A stretch of 64,000 nt of DNA, taken from the human T2T-CHM13v2.0 reference genome, Homo sapiens. Made by a program: the position numbers and the translations under genes. Below the pieces are notes generated by a model. It made no database searches. It was not told the origin of the DNA and saw only the letters and a program-made list of their open reading frames with translations. This document shows positions 52,706 through 64,000 of the stretch, in pieces. Location of the stretch: assembly GCF_009914755.1 (NCBI RefSeq), contig NC_060931.1, one strand, 5' to 3'. Within the stretch, counting starts at the first letter, position 1. Each line of letters opens with the position of its first letter.

Positions 52706-53029
52706 TGTTAAAATAATGAATTGGGAAGCCATTAGGCTGAGGTGGGTTCCTACTGAAGCAAACAGAAACCCAACTCGATGCAAACAGCAAAATGAAACTT
52801 CAGGTTAATCAATCAGAAACCACCTACTCACCTCCAAGTCGGAATTTTCCACTTGAACCAATCAACTATTTTCTTTGTCTCTCTTCTGAAATACCTTAAT
52901 AAACGTTCCCCAAGCACTTCTTGGCTGAAGCAGTGAAGCACTTGAGGTCTGATGCTGCTTGATTCATGAATCTCTGAATGCTCAAAGAAATTATTAAAAT
53001 GTTGGCATACCTAAGTTTACCTTTTAATA
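52706..53029 (+). mobile_element. ERV1 solo LTR (MER93/MER57-like)
   Basis: tgttaaaataatgaattgggaagccattaggctgagg...cttttaata; perfect 4-bp TSD cagt. Confidence 0.8.
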
Positions 53030-53199
53030 CAGTGAATGACTTAAAAATGGTGCGCAATGACAGGGAAGGACAAGATGAGGCTGAAACACCTGAGTCAAGT
53101 ATGTTACTGTCCCTGCCTTTCTGTCTCACTCAAAGGCCCTCAGAATGGCCCCAAGCTGGTGTATCACCCCACCCACCCCTGCCCCACATGGCTCCTCTG

Positions 53200-53695
53200 T
53201 GACCTGAGCTCCTTCCCTCCACTCTGCCTTCTGGATTTCCCATTTGCTGTTCCCTCCACCTGGACACGTCACCACCTGTTCATGTGCCCCATGGCTCAGA
53301 GTCCTCTGTCACAGCACGCAGCTCTGAGCACCTGCACCCAAACCTTCTGGTCTCTACCCTGCTAGTTTTTCTCTACAGCATGATTCTCTGAAACGTGTGT
53401 GTTTACTGTTCTATTTACCATCCCCTGTCCCCACTGGAATGCAGGTGCCCCACCCAAGGGCAGGCCTTCCCTGCAATCTGGGTGTGTTATCAGGAAACTC
53501 ATGATGCGTGCCCACGCAGTCACAACTTCTCCAGGACCTTGCACCTAATTTGGTATGCATAATTTTGTGTCTTTTTCCTAAAATCAGCTCCTCAGCCTCA
53601 AGTGATGTCTTCGGTCTCACAAAAGCTCTCTACTTTGCCCATATCCCCGTCAGTGGCTGGCATAGAGAGGTGCTTACTAAATAAGTGGATGAGTG
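53200..53695 (+). mobile_element. L2 3' fragments
   Basis: tttgctgttccctccacctgga...cccactggaatg...tggcatagagaggtgcttactaaata. Confidence 0.6.
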
Positions 53696-55454
53696 AAAGA
53701 CTGAGTGGTTGAGTCTAGGAAGGCTTCTCAGAGCCGGCGATATCTGAGCAGCAAGCTGTGAACAAAGGCAGAGAGGCTGGAACAAGATGCCCTGCACAGG
53801 GACCCACCAAGCTGGGAGGGGAGAAGTGGCCAGAGCCCCAGGGGGAACATGAGAGGTGGGAAGAGCATTTGCACAGGCAGGACCAGCATGGTGGGAGAAG
53901 GGAGGGTAGTGTGGTGTGGTGTTCTCATCACCCCTGAGGGAGAAAGCAGTGACTTCATCCAGGCTTTTTTGACTCCCTCCTTTTCCCAGTGTTCCAGGGC
54001 TCAGCATAGCCCTGAGAAAGGGTTTTCAGTGGTCCCTGGGTAACCCCCATGTCACATTCACCCTCACACCACCCTGATCACAGACTGCCCCATCCGGGAG
54101 ACATTCTGGCCTGCAGCATGCTTGGTCTCCATTAGAAACAGAGGCCTGGACTGCTGAAGTTCCGCACTGTCTCCTCATTTGAACGTCGAGGCCCTTTGAG
54201 AATGGTTCTTTGGTGTCTTTGAAGTCATTTTTCCTGGTGCCTTTGTGCAGCCATCTCAACCAGGCTTGGGAATTCCCCTTAACCCTAAATGCTTTTCTCC
54301 CCACCTTCCTGCTTTCTTTATTTGTTTCTTCAACCTGCTTCCTTGGAAACTGTGGGTAGGGTGCCAGCATGTACATTACCACTGCTATTGATAGGCGCCG
54401 AGCCTGTTACAACCTAAATAATGCTCCTCCTCCAAACACTGTGAAAGCTTAAACCCAATTGCTGGCCTCTCCAGGATGCTCTTTAAGAAAGGTGAGTCTT
54501 GCTCTTGGCTGAGTGCAAAGGATGATTATTTGGGGTCAAAGAAGCTCATGTCTAATTTCTCATCAGCTGCACAACTGTGGGAAATCCCCTGAAACTCTCC
54601 CAGCACCACTATCTCATCGAGAATGTGAGGACAAACACAAGGCCCATCATGCACGTTGTTGGGTGAGACAAGAGACAGTGGCAATGAAAGCTGCAAACTA
54701 CAGAAAAACATGAACTTATAAAAAGGCAGTGATTATGTTAGAAAATGGCAAATGTATAATTAAAATCAAGCACAGGTTTCTCAACCCATTTCCTAGTGGA
54801 TGAAAACTTCAAGCAACCACAAGCCTAGCACTGGCATTAAATTACTGTAAAATTCAGTTTGCACCAAAGGGAAGCCTAGAGACATTCTTGTCCCACTAGC
54901 TCATTTAACAGTTGGGGAAACTGAGGCTCAATGAAGCTGAGGGTCAGAACGGCTCTTTCGATTGGACACCCCACCTCCTCAGTGAGACTACCTGAAGATG
55001 GAGCAGGAAGTGCCTGGTAAGACCTTGATTCAGGTCATTTACTCAAGGAGGGCTAATTTCGTGAATCACGATAGGGCAGGGATGAGTGGGCAAGATGGAC
55101 CCTCAAGAAGCCTTTGGCTCATAGAACCAACCCTTGTTGGAAGTTTCACCTGCACTGCCGCGGGGAGGGGGAGGAGACCAGCAGCCCCAGACCTCAGTGG
55201 CCCTGCACCCTTCTTCATAGTTCACACCTTTGGAGTTGGGCACCAGGGTGCCTTCCACCCTCAGCATGCGATGTTGTCACATTTTTCTCCTCTGTTTCTG
55301 GTTCTCAGACAGCAGCACTGGTCTCTCCAAACCTGTCATCACCTACTTGTATCCACGGATTGAGGAGAGATGAGACTAGTCTTCCAACAGAAGACTCCCA
55401 AACACCATTTTAGGAAGGAAGATGATGTCACCTGCCCATCACCTAGGAATTCTT

Positions 55455-55570
55455 TTAAAAACCTTATGAGGCAGGCGCTATGATTAGCCCCATTTTACAG
55501 ATAAGAAAATTGAGGTTCAATAACTTGCCTGAAGTCACACAGTGAGCAAATGACAGAGATTTAAACATAC
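55455..55570 (-). mobile_element. MIR
   Basis: ccccattttacagataagaaaattgagg...taacttgcctgaagtcacacag. Confidence 0.8.
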
Positions 55571-57077
55571 ATTAAATGAACTTTATGAAAGGATGGATTC
55601 TGAAGGTCTGACCTTAGAGAGATGGGCAGTGATTAACCTGAAGTTGAGAGACTCCTGTGGCATATGTATTGTCCTAGATAGTGAAAGAAAATCGTGGTTG
55701 TAACAAGGAGGCTGAAATAGAAAGTCGTTAAGGGTAGATGCTCTGGGTTGCAGGTGCATTCTTTTGCTGACAAGTTTTTTCTCACGTGAGTAACTCCACA
55801 GAGCATGCTCTTGGCTGGGTAGCAGCAGGCTACCATTTTAATGATGATGGTTAATCATTTAATGATGGTTAATAATTCTCCCAACTAATGCCAGGCAGGT
55901 GAGGTACCTTAAAATAAAGCACAGAACTTACTGGCATGTATGAATGCCCAATTGCATCAGAGATTAATTTTCTATTTGCATTGAATGCTGTGTGGAGAGT
56001 CTATGTTATCACCAGACTTTGCTAAATTTCCCAAAGCTGGGCAGGGGCAGCCTCCCCTGACTCACATGTCCTTCTGGTAAGGGAGAAGCAGGCTGCACAG
56101 GTCTGTAAGCCAAGTCACTATCACTCCACAGTGAGCCTGCCCAGCTGCAGAGGCAGGGAAGAGGGAGGTGCCCCAGGGTGGTGAGAGACCAGTTGGGATG
56201 GCTGCACTGCACCTTCTGGAAGGAAAGCCTATTTGTCCTCACACTATGCGTGCTGGGAGCCTCCCTCACCTCTCTCGGTGCCCCTCAGCCTCACCTGCCT
56301 TTGAACACACAGACTCTACTTGCAAGTTTGTCCCTTCCCTCTTGTGTCTAATCAAATCCTCCTCACCTTGTCTGGATTTAGTAGAAATGATGTTTCCTTC
56401 AAGAAGTTTGCCTGACCCCTTCCCATAAGACCCAATTAGGAGGCATAGCAGCCTCTACTTCCCATGTCACAAAACTACCATGCTGCTCCTTGGCTGATGA
56501 GGCTGCCTGGATGCAAACCCGTGTCCCTGTGCCTTGGGTTTCACACTCTGCCCCAGCCCCTGCCTGGGAAGGACTAGATCCAGCCAGTGAGTGGGAAGCA
56601 GCACTTGAAGGGGGCAGCGGGGATCCCAGATACATGACCAGGCCCGTGTGGGGAATACTGGCCCATCCCCCAGGCTCAGAGTTCTCTTCCAGGATGGCTG
56701 GGAAGCAGGAAACCACTGACATTCTCACAGGATGCCTGTTTGCTCCAGTAAGGAGCCGGCTGCCATAACCACCTGCACATGTTTCTGTAATCATCATATC
56801 TCCTCTTTGCAGCTTTCTTGGCCCTTGCTTGATCGTGACCTTAATTCTGCTCTTCTCCCACCTCTCTGTGAAAAGCCCTGGATCACAGGGCCATGCAGAT
56901 CCACAGATCTCAGGCCCAGCTTCACAAAACCCACCGAGTCCCAAGGAAATGTAGAAATGTACTTTCTGAGAGCACCACTGCTGGGGATGGACATGGGGAG
57001 CCCCGCCGCCCACCCGGAGAGACAACAGAATGGGGGCTTGCTAAACTCACACAGTGCAGAGGTGGCTGAACAGGGCC

Positions 57078-57468
57078 TGTATTAATCAGCTTGGGCTGCC
57101 ACCACAAAGTGCCACACAGTGGGCGGCTGACACATAGGCGTTTATTCTCACAGCCCTGGAGGCTGGAAGTCTGGGATTAAAGCATCAGCAGGGTTGGTTC
57201 CTCCTAAGGGCTTTCTCCTGGGGTTCTAGACGACTGTCCTCTCTGTGTCCTCACATGGTCATTCCTCTGTGTGTGTCTGTGCCCCAATCTCCTCTTTTTA
57301 TTAGGACACCAGTCAGATTGGATTAGGGCCCACCCTAATGACCTCATTTTACCTTTTAACCTTCATTTCACCTCTTAAAAAACCCATCTCCACATATAGT
57401 TAGATACTAAGTCCTGGGGGTTGGAACTTCAACATATCAATTGAGGGGACACAATTCAGCCCAAAAGA
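57078..57468 (-). mobile_element. MLT1B-type solo LTR
   Basis: tgtattaatc...ggacaccagtcagattggattagggcccaccctaatgacctc...cacaattcagccc; TSD gggcc/gggac. Confidence 0.92.
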
Positions 57469-57770
57469 GGGACCAGGCCAGGCCTCAGGACCCCCCACAG
57501 TGCTCTCCCTCCACTGTCCCCTCACCTTATTCTGGGCACCTCTTTCACATGGACCAGGCCTTGCAAAAGCTGCCCCTTTCTCTCCCACTGCCACAGCCCT
57601 TCTCTTTGGTGAACTTCTTTTCCTTCAGGCCTCACCTCCAGTGCCACCTCCCTCTGGCAGCTCCGGTCTCATGCGATGAGTCAGTGGGACTCGGGCGACA
57701 AGAGGGCACTGGATTCCTTGTGATGCTGGTGCATTGGGTGCATGAGGGGTCTTCTTCTTCTCTTCACCCC

Positions 57771-58295
57771 TGCAGCAGAGGGAAGACATTTTCTCCATCT
57801 GAGGGTTCCGTAACTGTGTCTCTGAAAAAGAAATGGACCACAGACAGATTAACAGGAGGAAAGTACACAGATTCATTATGTGCACTGGGGCATCACAAGA
57901 AAGTAAAGTGAATTCCCCGAAAACCCAGTGAGCTGTAGAAGCCTATATACCCTCCTCATAGTGCGGAAAGGAAGGGGTTTCAGGCAACTTGCCGGAGAGT
58001 CATGACTTTGGGGGAAAGATGAATTGCCCCTTAGGAGAATAGATGACGAGGTCTGTCTGGGTGTGGTGTCAGTTTCTAGCCTCCTCCCCTGTGATAACAG
58101 CCTTCTTCCCTGTATAATGAAACTCCCTGGGATGGGATTGATGAAACTGAGTTCCTTTGGGGGCTCTATCTTTGGCTGATTAAAGGAGTTCAGAGAAAGC
58201 CTCTCCATGCAGTTGCTGCTTTCCAAGTGCCTTTGGCTTAATAATCAATATACCAAAGCAGCAGATTTGAGAGTGGCATTCCCTGCACTCCTTCA
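57771..58295 (-). mobile_element. MER34-family ERV1 solo LTR
   Basis: Reverse complement starts tgaaggagtgcagggaatgccac...ctttggtatattgattat. Confidence 0.75.
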
Positions 58296-59337
58296 TCCTC
58301 AGTGTCTGTATATGATGCATCTCATTTCTTCAGAGTACACTTATTTAGCATATTATTGTCAGAGAATCTGCCTGAAGGTCATTTCACAAGTCACAGCAGT
58401 GGAATGTCCTGCAAGACAACCACGTTCCCTAGCCGGCAAGAGAGCCCTGGGCCTCCCATGGATGTGTCTGCCTGCAAGTCGGTCCCAGATGTGCCAGGAA
58501 CCAGTGGAATCCACCTTCCTGGTTTCCCAGAACTTTACTATAAATTCCTGCCTATTGCCAGGAAATGCTATGGAAATAAAAATAAATGAATTGGGAAGGC
58601 AGTATCAGTTTCAGGGAGCATTGGACTGAGTTGAGAGGATTTTGTTATTTCCCAGGTCATATAGGTTTGCATTTCTATCTTTGGTTCCCTGGTCTAAGGA
58701 GAGGAAAGTCAATCCTAGTAACTAGCACAGGAGGTTAACATAGATTTTGGGGGATGAAGGAAAATCTGTTTCTGTTTGATGTAGGCAGAGTGGAAGGAGA
58801 CACGGGGAAGTGGGGGCTCAGGGAGCTGATGCCAGTGGCCCCTTGGGGTGAGCATCCCATGACCTCACACTGTGATGTCCTCTAATCAGCACAAGCTGCT
58901 TCCGCTGGTACACACTGCTGAACCTCCAACATCAAAATCAAATGTCACTGTATGAAGCATGCAATTTCTTTGGAGAACTGAGCTTTATTTCCAGGAAGAG
59001 AAGTTTAAATCCATCAGACATTTATAAGCAGGGCCCTGTGTCATGCCCCACACTCAGAAGGGTGGCTTGAGTTTACGTCCTCCTTCTGTCCTGGAGAAGC
59101 TCATGGTTGGATGAAGACACGCAAATATAAAAATTCATCAAAACATGCTGAGGTGCTCATCACAATCAATGAGCTCTGTGCTGTGGGACAGAAGGACAAT
59201 AAACTAGCACTGTGAGCTGCCACAGCCCTGCGGCCTGGGGTGGAGGGAGGGCTAAGAAGTCAGTCCAAGGAGTTCTGGGCAAATTGAATGACTACAGGCT
59301 CCACGCTGTGAAAGACTATTACAGAAATCACACAAGG

Positions 59338-59935
59338 CTGTGCTATCTAAGATGCTTGTGGCTGAAAATATATAACCCAATGAACAGTGGCTGAAACCTA
59401 AGCTGCTTCTCCCACTTCCAAGGAGGACCTGAGCTCGGTGGTCCCATGGCCTGGAAGCACCCCTGCAAGACTCCTTGTATTTTCAAGATCCCAGCTCAAG
59501 CACCTGTCTTCATGGCAGCACCGTGAGAAGGAAGGCAGTGGGACAAAAAGGAGACGTTGCCATCACAGTGCTCACTCCTTTTATCAGGGAGCAAGTGATT
59601 TGGCAGAAACCCCAACATTTATCTTTCCATCTTATTAACCAGATCAAGTCACATGTTCACCCTATGCCAAGCCCTGGCCAAGGTGGGTCAGATGGCCTTG
59701 ATCAAATCCTTTCCTTATACAGGAACCCTCATATGTACCGCCTTGATTATACCCTTTGCCTGTGCAGGAATCCCATATATACCACCTTGATCACAACCTT
59801 TCCACATAGAGGACCATACCCTTTCCCTGTCTAGGAAGCCCCCATACACACCACTTTGATCATACCCTGTGTTCCCATATAGAAACCAAATTAGAGGCCC
59901 TTTTTAAAGAAGAAGGGAAAGTAGGGTCTGTTGGA
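59338..59935 (-). mobile_element. Old MLT1 (K/L-like) LTR containing a minisatellite
   Basis: aacccaatgaacagtggct...ccttttatcaggga...gtcacatg...aagaagggaaag. Confidence 0.6.
59696..59888 (+). repeat. Diverged ~44-bp minisatellite, about 4-5 units
   Basis: c(c/t)ttgat..accc/ccttt...aggaa..ccata...acc units starting at 59696, 59741, 59785 and 59854, with a partial unit between. Confidence 0.8.
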
Positions 59936-60169
59936 AAAACAAAACAAACAAACAAAAAAAACAGTGTGAGACAGGAAGAGAAGAGGATATTAAGCCTTTA
60001 TAAAAACAATTTAAAGTACATCAGGAAATGTATCACTCTCCTTAAAAAGTGACTACATTAAATTCATACAGAAATCCCAACATGTGAAGGGTCTGGGCAT
60101 CATTCTGTAGGAAGCTAGAACTCAGCTTACTTGTTTTTTTTTTTTTAATTTAAAAAATTTCTTACATTT

Positions 60170-60323
60170 TAAAACTTTTATTTTTCACAGAGACAGGGCC
60201 TCACTCTGTTACCCAGGCTGGTCTCGAACTCCTGAACTCAAACTATCCTCCTTTCTCAAGCAATCCTTCTGCCTCGGCTTCCCAGAGTGCTGGGATAACA
60301 GGCGTGAGCTACCATGCCTGCCC
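60170..60323 (-). mobile_element. FLAM/Alu monomer
   Basis: gagacagggcctcactctgttacccaggctggtctcgaactcctg...gtgagctaccatgcc; internal ctcaa...atcct duplication. Confidence 0.85.
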
Positions 60324-60929
60324 TTCAGCCTGCTTTAAAGGGAAGCCACCTAAATGGCCAGCTGGTATTTGAGGTGGGATTCAGTGACAGGAAGCCCACA
60401 CAGAGGGTCTTCGGCCATGTCCGTGGCTCCATGCCCACCATCAATTCCAGAATGTCTCTTTCCCCATCTGAAGCAAGCATAGGATGCGGCACAGTAGAGA
60501 CTCTTATCAGCAGCTCAGGGGTCTCCCCAGTCTAGACGTGAGGCTGGGTAGAGGTCAGTCGTTTTCAAGATTTCCTATGATAATTCTTGCTGTTGTTCTT
60601 TCCTTTTGCCATCAGTGAGCACTTTCAAAAGGCAAATGATGCAGGAACCAGATATTGAACTCAAGAAAGAGAAGCTGTGGTGTCAAAGCCCCTCTGCAGG
60701 GCTGAGGATGCATTGAGGGGAATGCTGGGGAAGTTGGGAAGGCCAGGAGGGGTCTGCTCCCAGTGGGGAGGTGAGAAGGGTGAAGGCAGTTGGGACACAG
60801 GCCTGAGGCAGTGGGCTGGGCAGACCTCAGTGGCTGTTTGTGCCACTCAACACCCAGTAGCTGGTCTGAAGACAGAGTTGGAGAGGGGAAACTTAGAGGC
60901 TTTCTGCAGCCTCGTCCATAGTTTTACAA

Positions 60930-61741
<812 letters not shown>

Positions 61742-63177
61742 TCTATGGCCCTAGGCAGCCTTGAGTGTCCAGCTTCCAAGACATTAGGGGCTGTATCTCT
61801 TTTGTGGAAGGAAAACTAGCTAAGCAAACCAAAAATCAGCCCCAAAGGATAGCTGAGCTACCATCAAGGAGACTGTCTACCCCTAGCAAATAGAAATCAT
61901 TAGTTAATATGGCTTAGAACGGGTAGGTCACATGGCTCCAGCTATGGTCTTTAATGACCAGGTCGGAGATGAGCAGACACTGTTTAATGCCATTGCTTAC
62001 ATTAGAAGAAAATCAAACGGTGAGCTGGATTCAGAAAGCCCATCAGCTGATTTTTTTTTCTGATTATTTTCCTGCCATCATATACATAGCGAGAACATTA
62101 AAATAAAACAGGATAATGGGATTTGGTGATCAGAATTGTTTCTGCCTGTGTATTACCATTGACACCAGGCAACTTCCAACCACTGGTGGGTGAAAAGCTA
62201 TATCCAGATGTACTGGGGCCAGAGCAGAAATGAGACCTCTGGGCAGATCCTGTCCCCAGCACAGGATCCCAGATGGATGTGGTGCATCCCTCCAGACAAT
62301 GGGCTGCTGTGGACCCTGTGAGACCTAGTCCCTCCCTCTGTCCTTCCTTTGGTTGTCGTTCCACTAGGCCTGTAACATGCTTTTCCTGGGCATCCTCTTC
62401 TCTTCTGCAGCCTTGTCCTTCCCTGTTCAGGCACAGTTTCTTGTGTCCAAAGCTGAGACTGCATTTCCTCCTCCATAGACTCCATCTCATTCTCTGCATG
62501 ATCTCTCTGAGTCTCTAGCCTGTGACCCCTTTCCTTCCAGGTGCCTAGCACATGTGCTGCCCTGTGTACTGCTGGCTCTCTGCACCTGAGCTGCCCCTTG
62601 GCCTGAGAGTTGGGTCTCTGATATAGGCTGACCCAAAGATTGTGCTCAACCAATATTCTCAGAAGTTGTTTTTTCCTTTTACAGGGAAAAGCCTACATCT
62701 TTTTTTTTTTTTTAATTATGTGGACCAATAGTTCCAGGATACTGTACTCTTCCTTCAGTGCTGAATTTCTAAGCATGATTAATTTTGTTTTGAGGACTTC
62801 TTGGTCCTGGTTGCTAATAATGTTGAAACTTCATTACACATAGCATTTCACCTTAAGATGTAAGGTAACTCTCATGAATATCCTGTGGTGATTTGATTTC
62901 CATCCCATAAATAAAGAAACTGGGGCTCACCCAGTAAGTGGTGTGAGGAGGATTCAGTTCCACTCTTCTATCAAGCACATTCTTCTTTGCTCTTTACCAT
63001 CTGAGCTAACCCTTTCCTGCAGGACACCAGCCCAGGGCACTACTAGAGCTGGGACTTGCACAGCCAGAGTACATTTTCTTCCAGGGCCCAGGGAAGGGTT
63101 TCTTGGCCTTTGCTTGGAGAGAGATTCCAAGAAATTTTCTAGAGATTCTTTCCTGGGGAAAAGGGGAATGAAAAAGA

Positions 63178-63432
63178 AGAGAGACAGATAGAGACAGAGA
63201 GAGATAAGAGATAAAGACATGGAGACAGATAAGGACAGAGAGAGATAAGAGATAGAGATAGAGACAGAGAGACGGACAGAGAGACACAGAGAGATAAGAG
63301 ATAGAGACAGAGATAAAAAGACAGAGAGATAGATAGTCAAAGAGATAGAGACAGAGAGAGATGTAGAGATAGAGAAACAAACAGGAAAAGAGAGGCAGAG
63401 AGATAAAGAGACAGATAGACAGAGACAGGGAG
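63178..63432 (+). repeat. GA-rich simple repeat (GAGACA/GAGATA)n
   Basis: Seen directly; strongly purine-skewed. Confidence 0.92.
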
Positions 63433-64000
63433 AGATCAAGAGAGCCCCAGAGGAGAAGTTCTTAGGCATCAAGTCATGGTGGAGGAGCCCAGCACACAAG
63501 GCTGTACAAGGAGCCTCCTAGGCCTTCATTCTCCCTCCATGTGCCTCCACGTGTGTAAGAACAGCCTTCGGGGGCTCACAAAAGAGGGCATCTGGGGCTC
63601 CTAAATGAGGCTGCAGGACAAAGACCCACTGGGTCTCACTCAGAACAAGGCAACCTGCTTCACCCAGCAGCAGAGAAAGGATGTTGTCAGGAGCAGAACA
63701 AGAGACTCCAGGCCGCATTCAAAGTGTTCTCTAACAAACACAATTCCAGTGGCATTGTTCCCCAATCAGAGCCCCATTGACTGAGTGGCTCTTGTTATCT
63801 GACCTTCCTGTGAATGTCTGGGAGCGCTCCGAGCCAACACAGCCTCTTACGTAAGAGGATTTTAGAAAGAGCCCTTTGTGCCAGCAGGTGGTGAGGACAT
63901 ATCCACGAGGGCAGGTCTTCCGCACCTTTCCTCATTTGCTGAGGGCATGAATGGCTGGGACCTGGGCCTGCAGCGGGAACAAAAGCCCATTCACAGGCAC

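Noticed and set aside
56399-57085. 208-aa ORF and overlapping ORFs
   Set aside because: GC-richer DNA with ORFs in several frames; no recognisable homology or splice structure.
62954-63499. 181-aa Leu/Ser-rich ORF
   Set aside because: Translation of the (TCTCTG) simple repeat.

Overview
Primate, human-like nuclear DNA: AluJ/S/Y, THE1/MST/MLT MaLR LTRs, MLT2, ERV1 LTRs, L1M, L2, MIR and MER DNA transposons. It reads as a gene-poor intergenic or long intronic region built largely of old interspersed repeats, several nested and with readable target-site duplications (TSDs). I recognise no intact protein-coding gene, structural RNA gene, CpG island or CRISPR array, and I cannot name the locus. 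Most ORFs in the supplied track are chance ORFs or repeat-derived. The best leads are: (1) a repeat-free minus-strand segment at about 21830-22060 with coding-like codon bias whose translation follows protein-kinase subdomains VIb-IX in degenerate form; (2) a perfect 21-bp inverted repeat at 51288-51408 enclosing a 66-bp copy of the MLT2 LTR 1.8 kb upstream; (3) several other local template-switch scars; (4) two minisatellites that appear to have arisen from transposon sequence; (5) a palindromic AT-rich repeat. Repeat family names come from my recall of consensus sequences and need Dfam/RepeatMasker confirmation. Boundaries of old elements are approximate.
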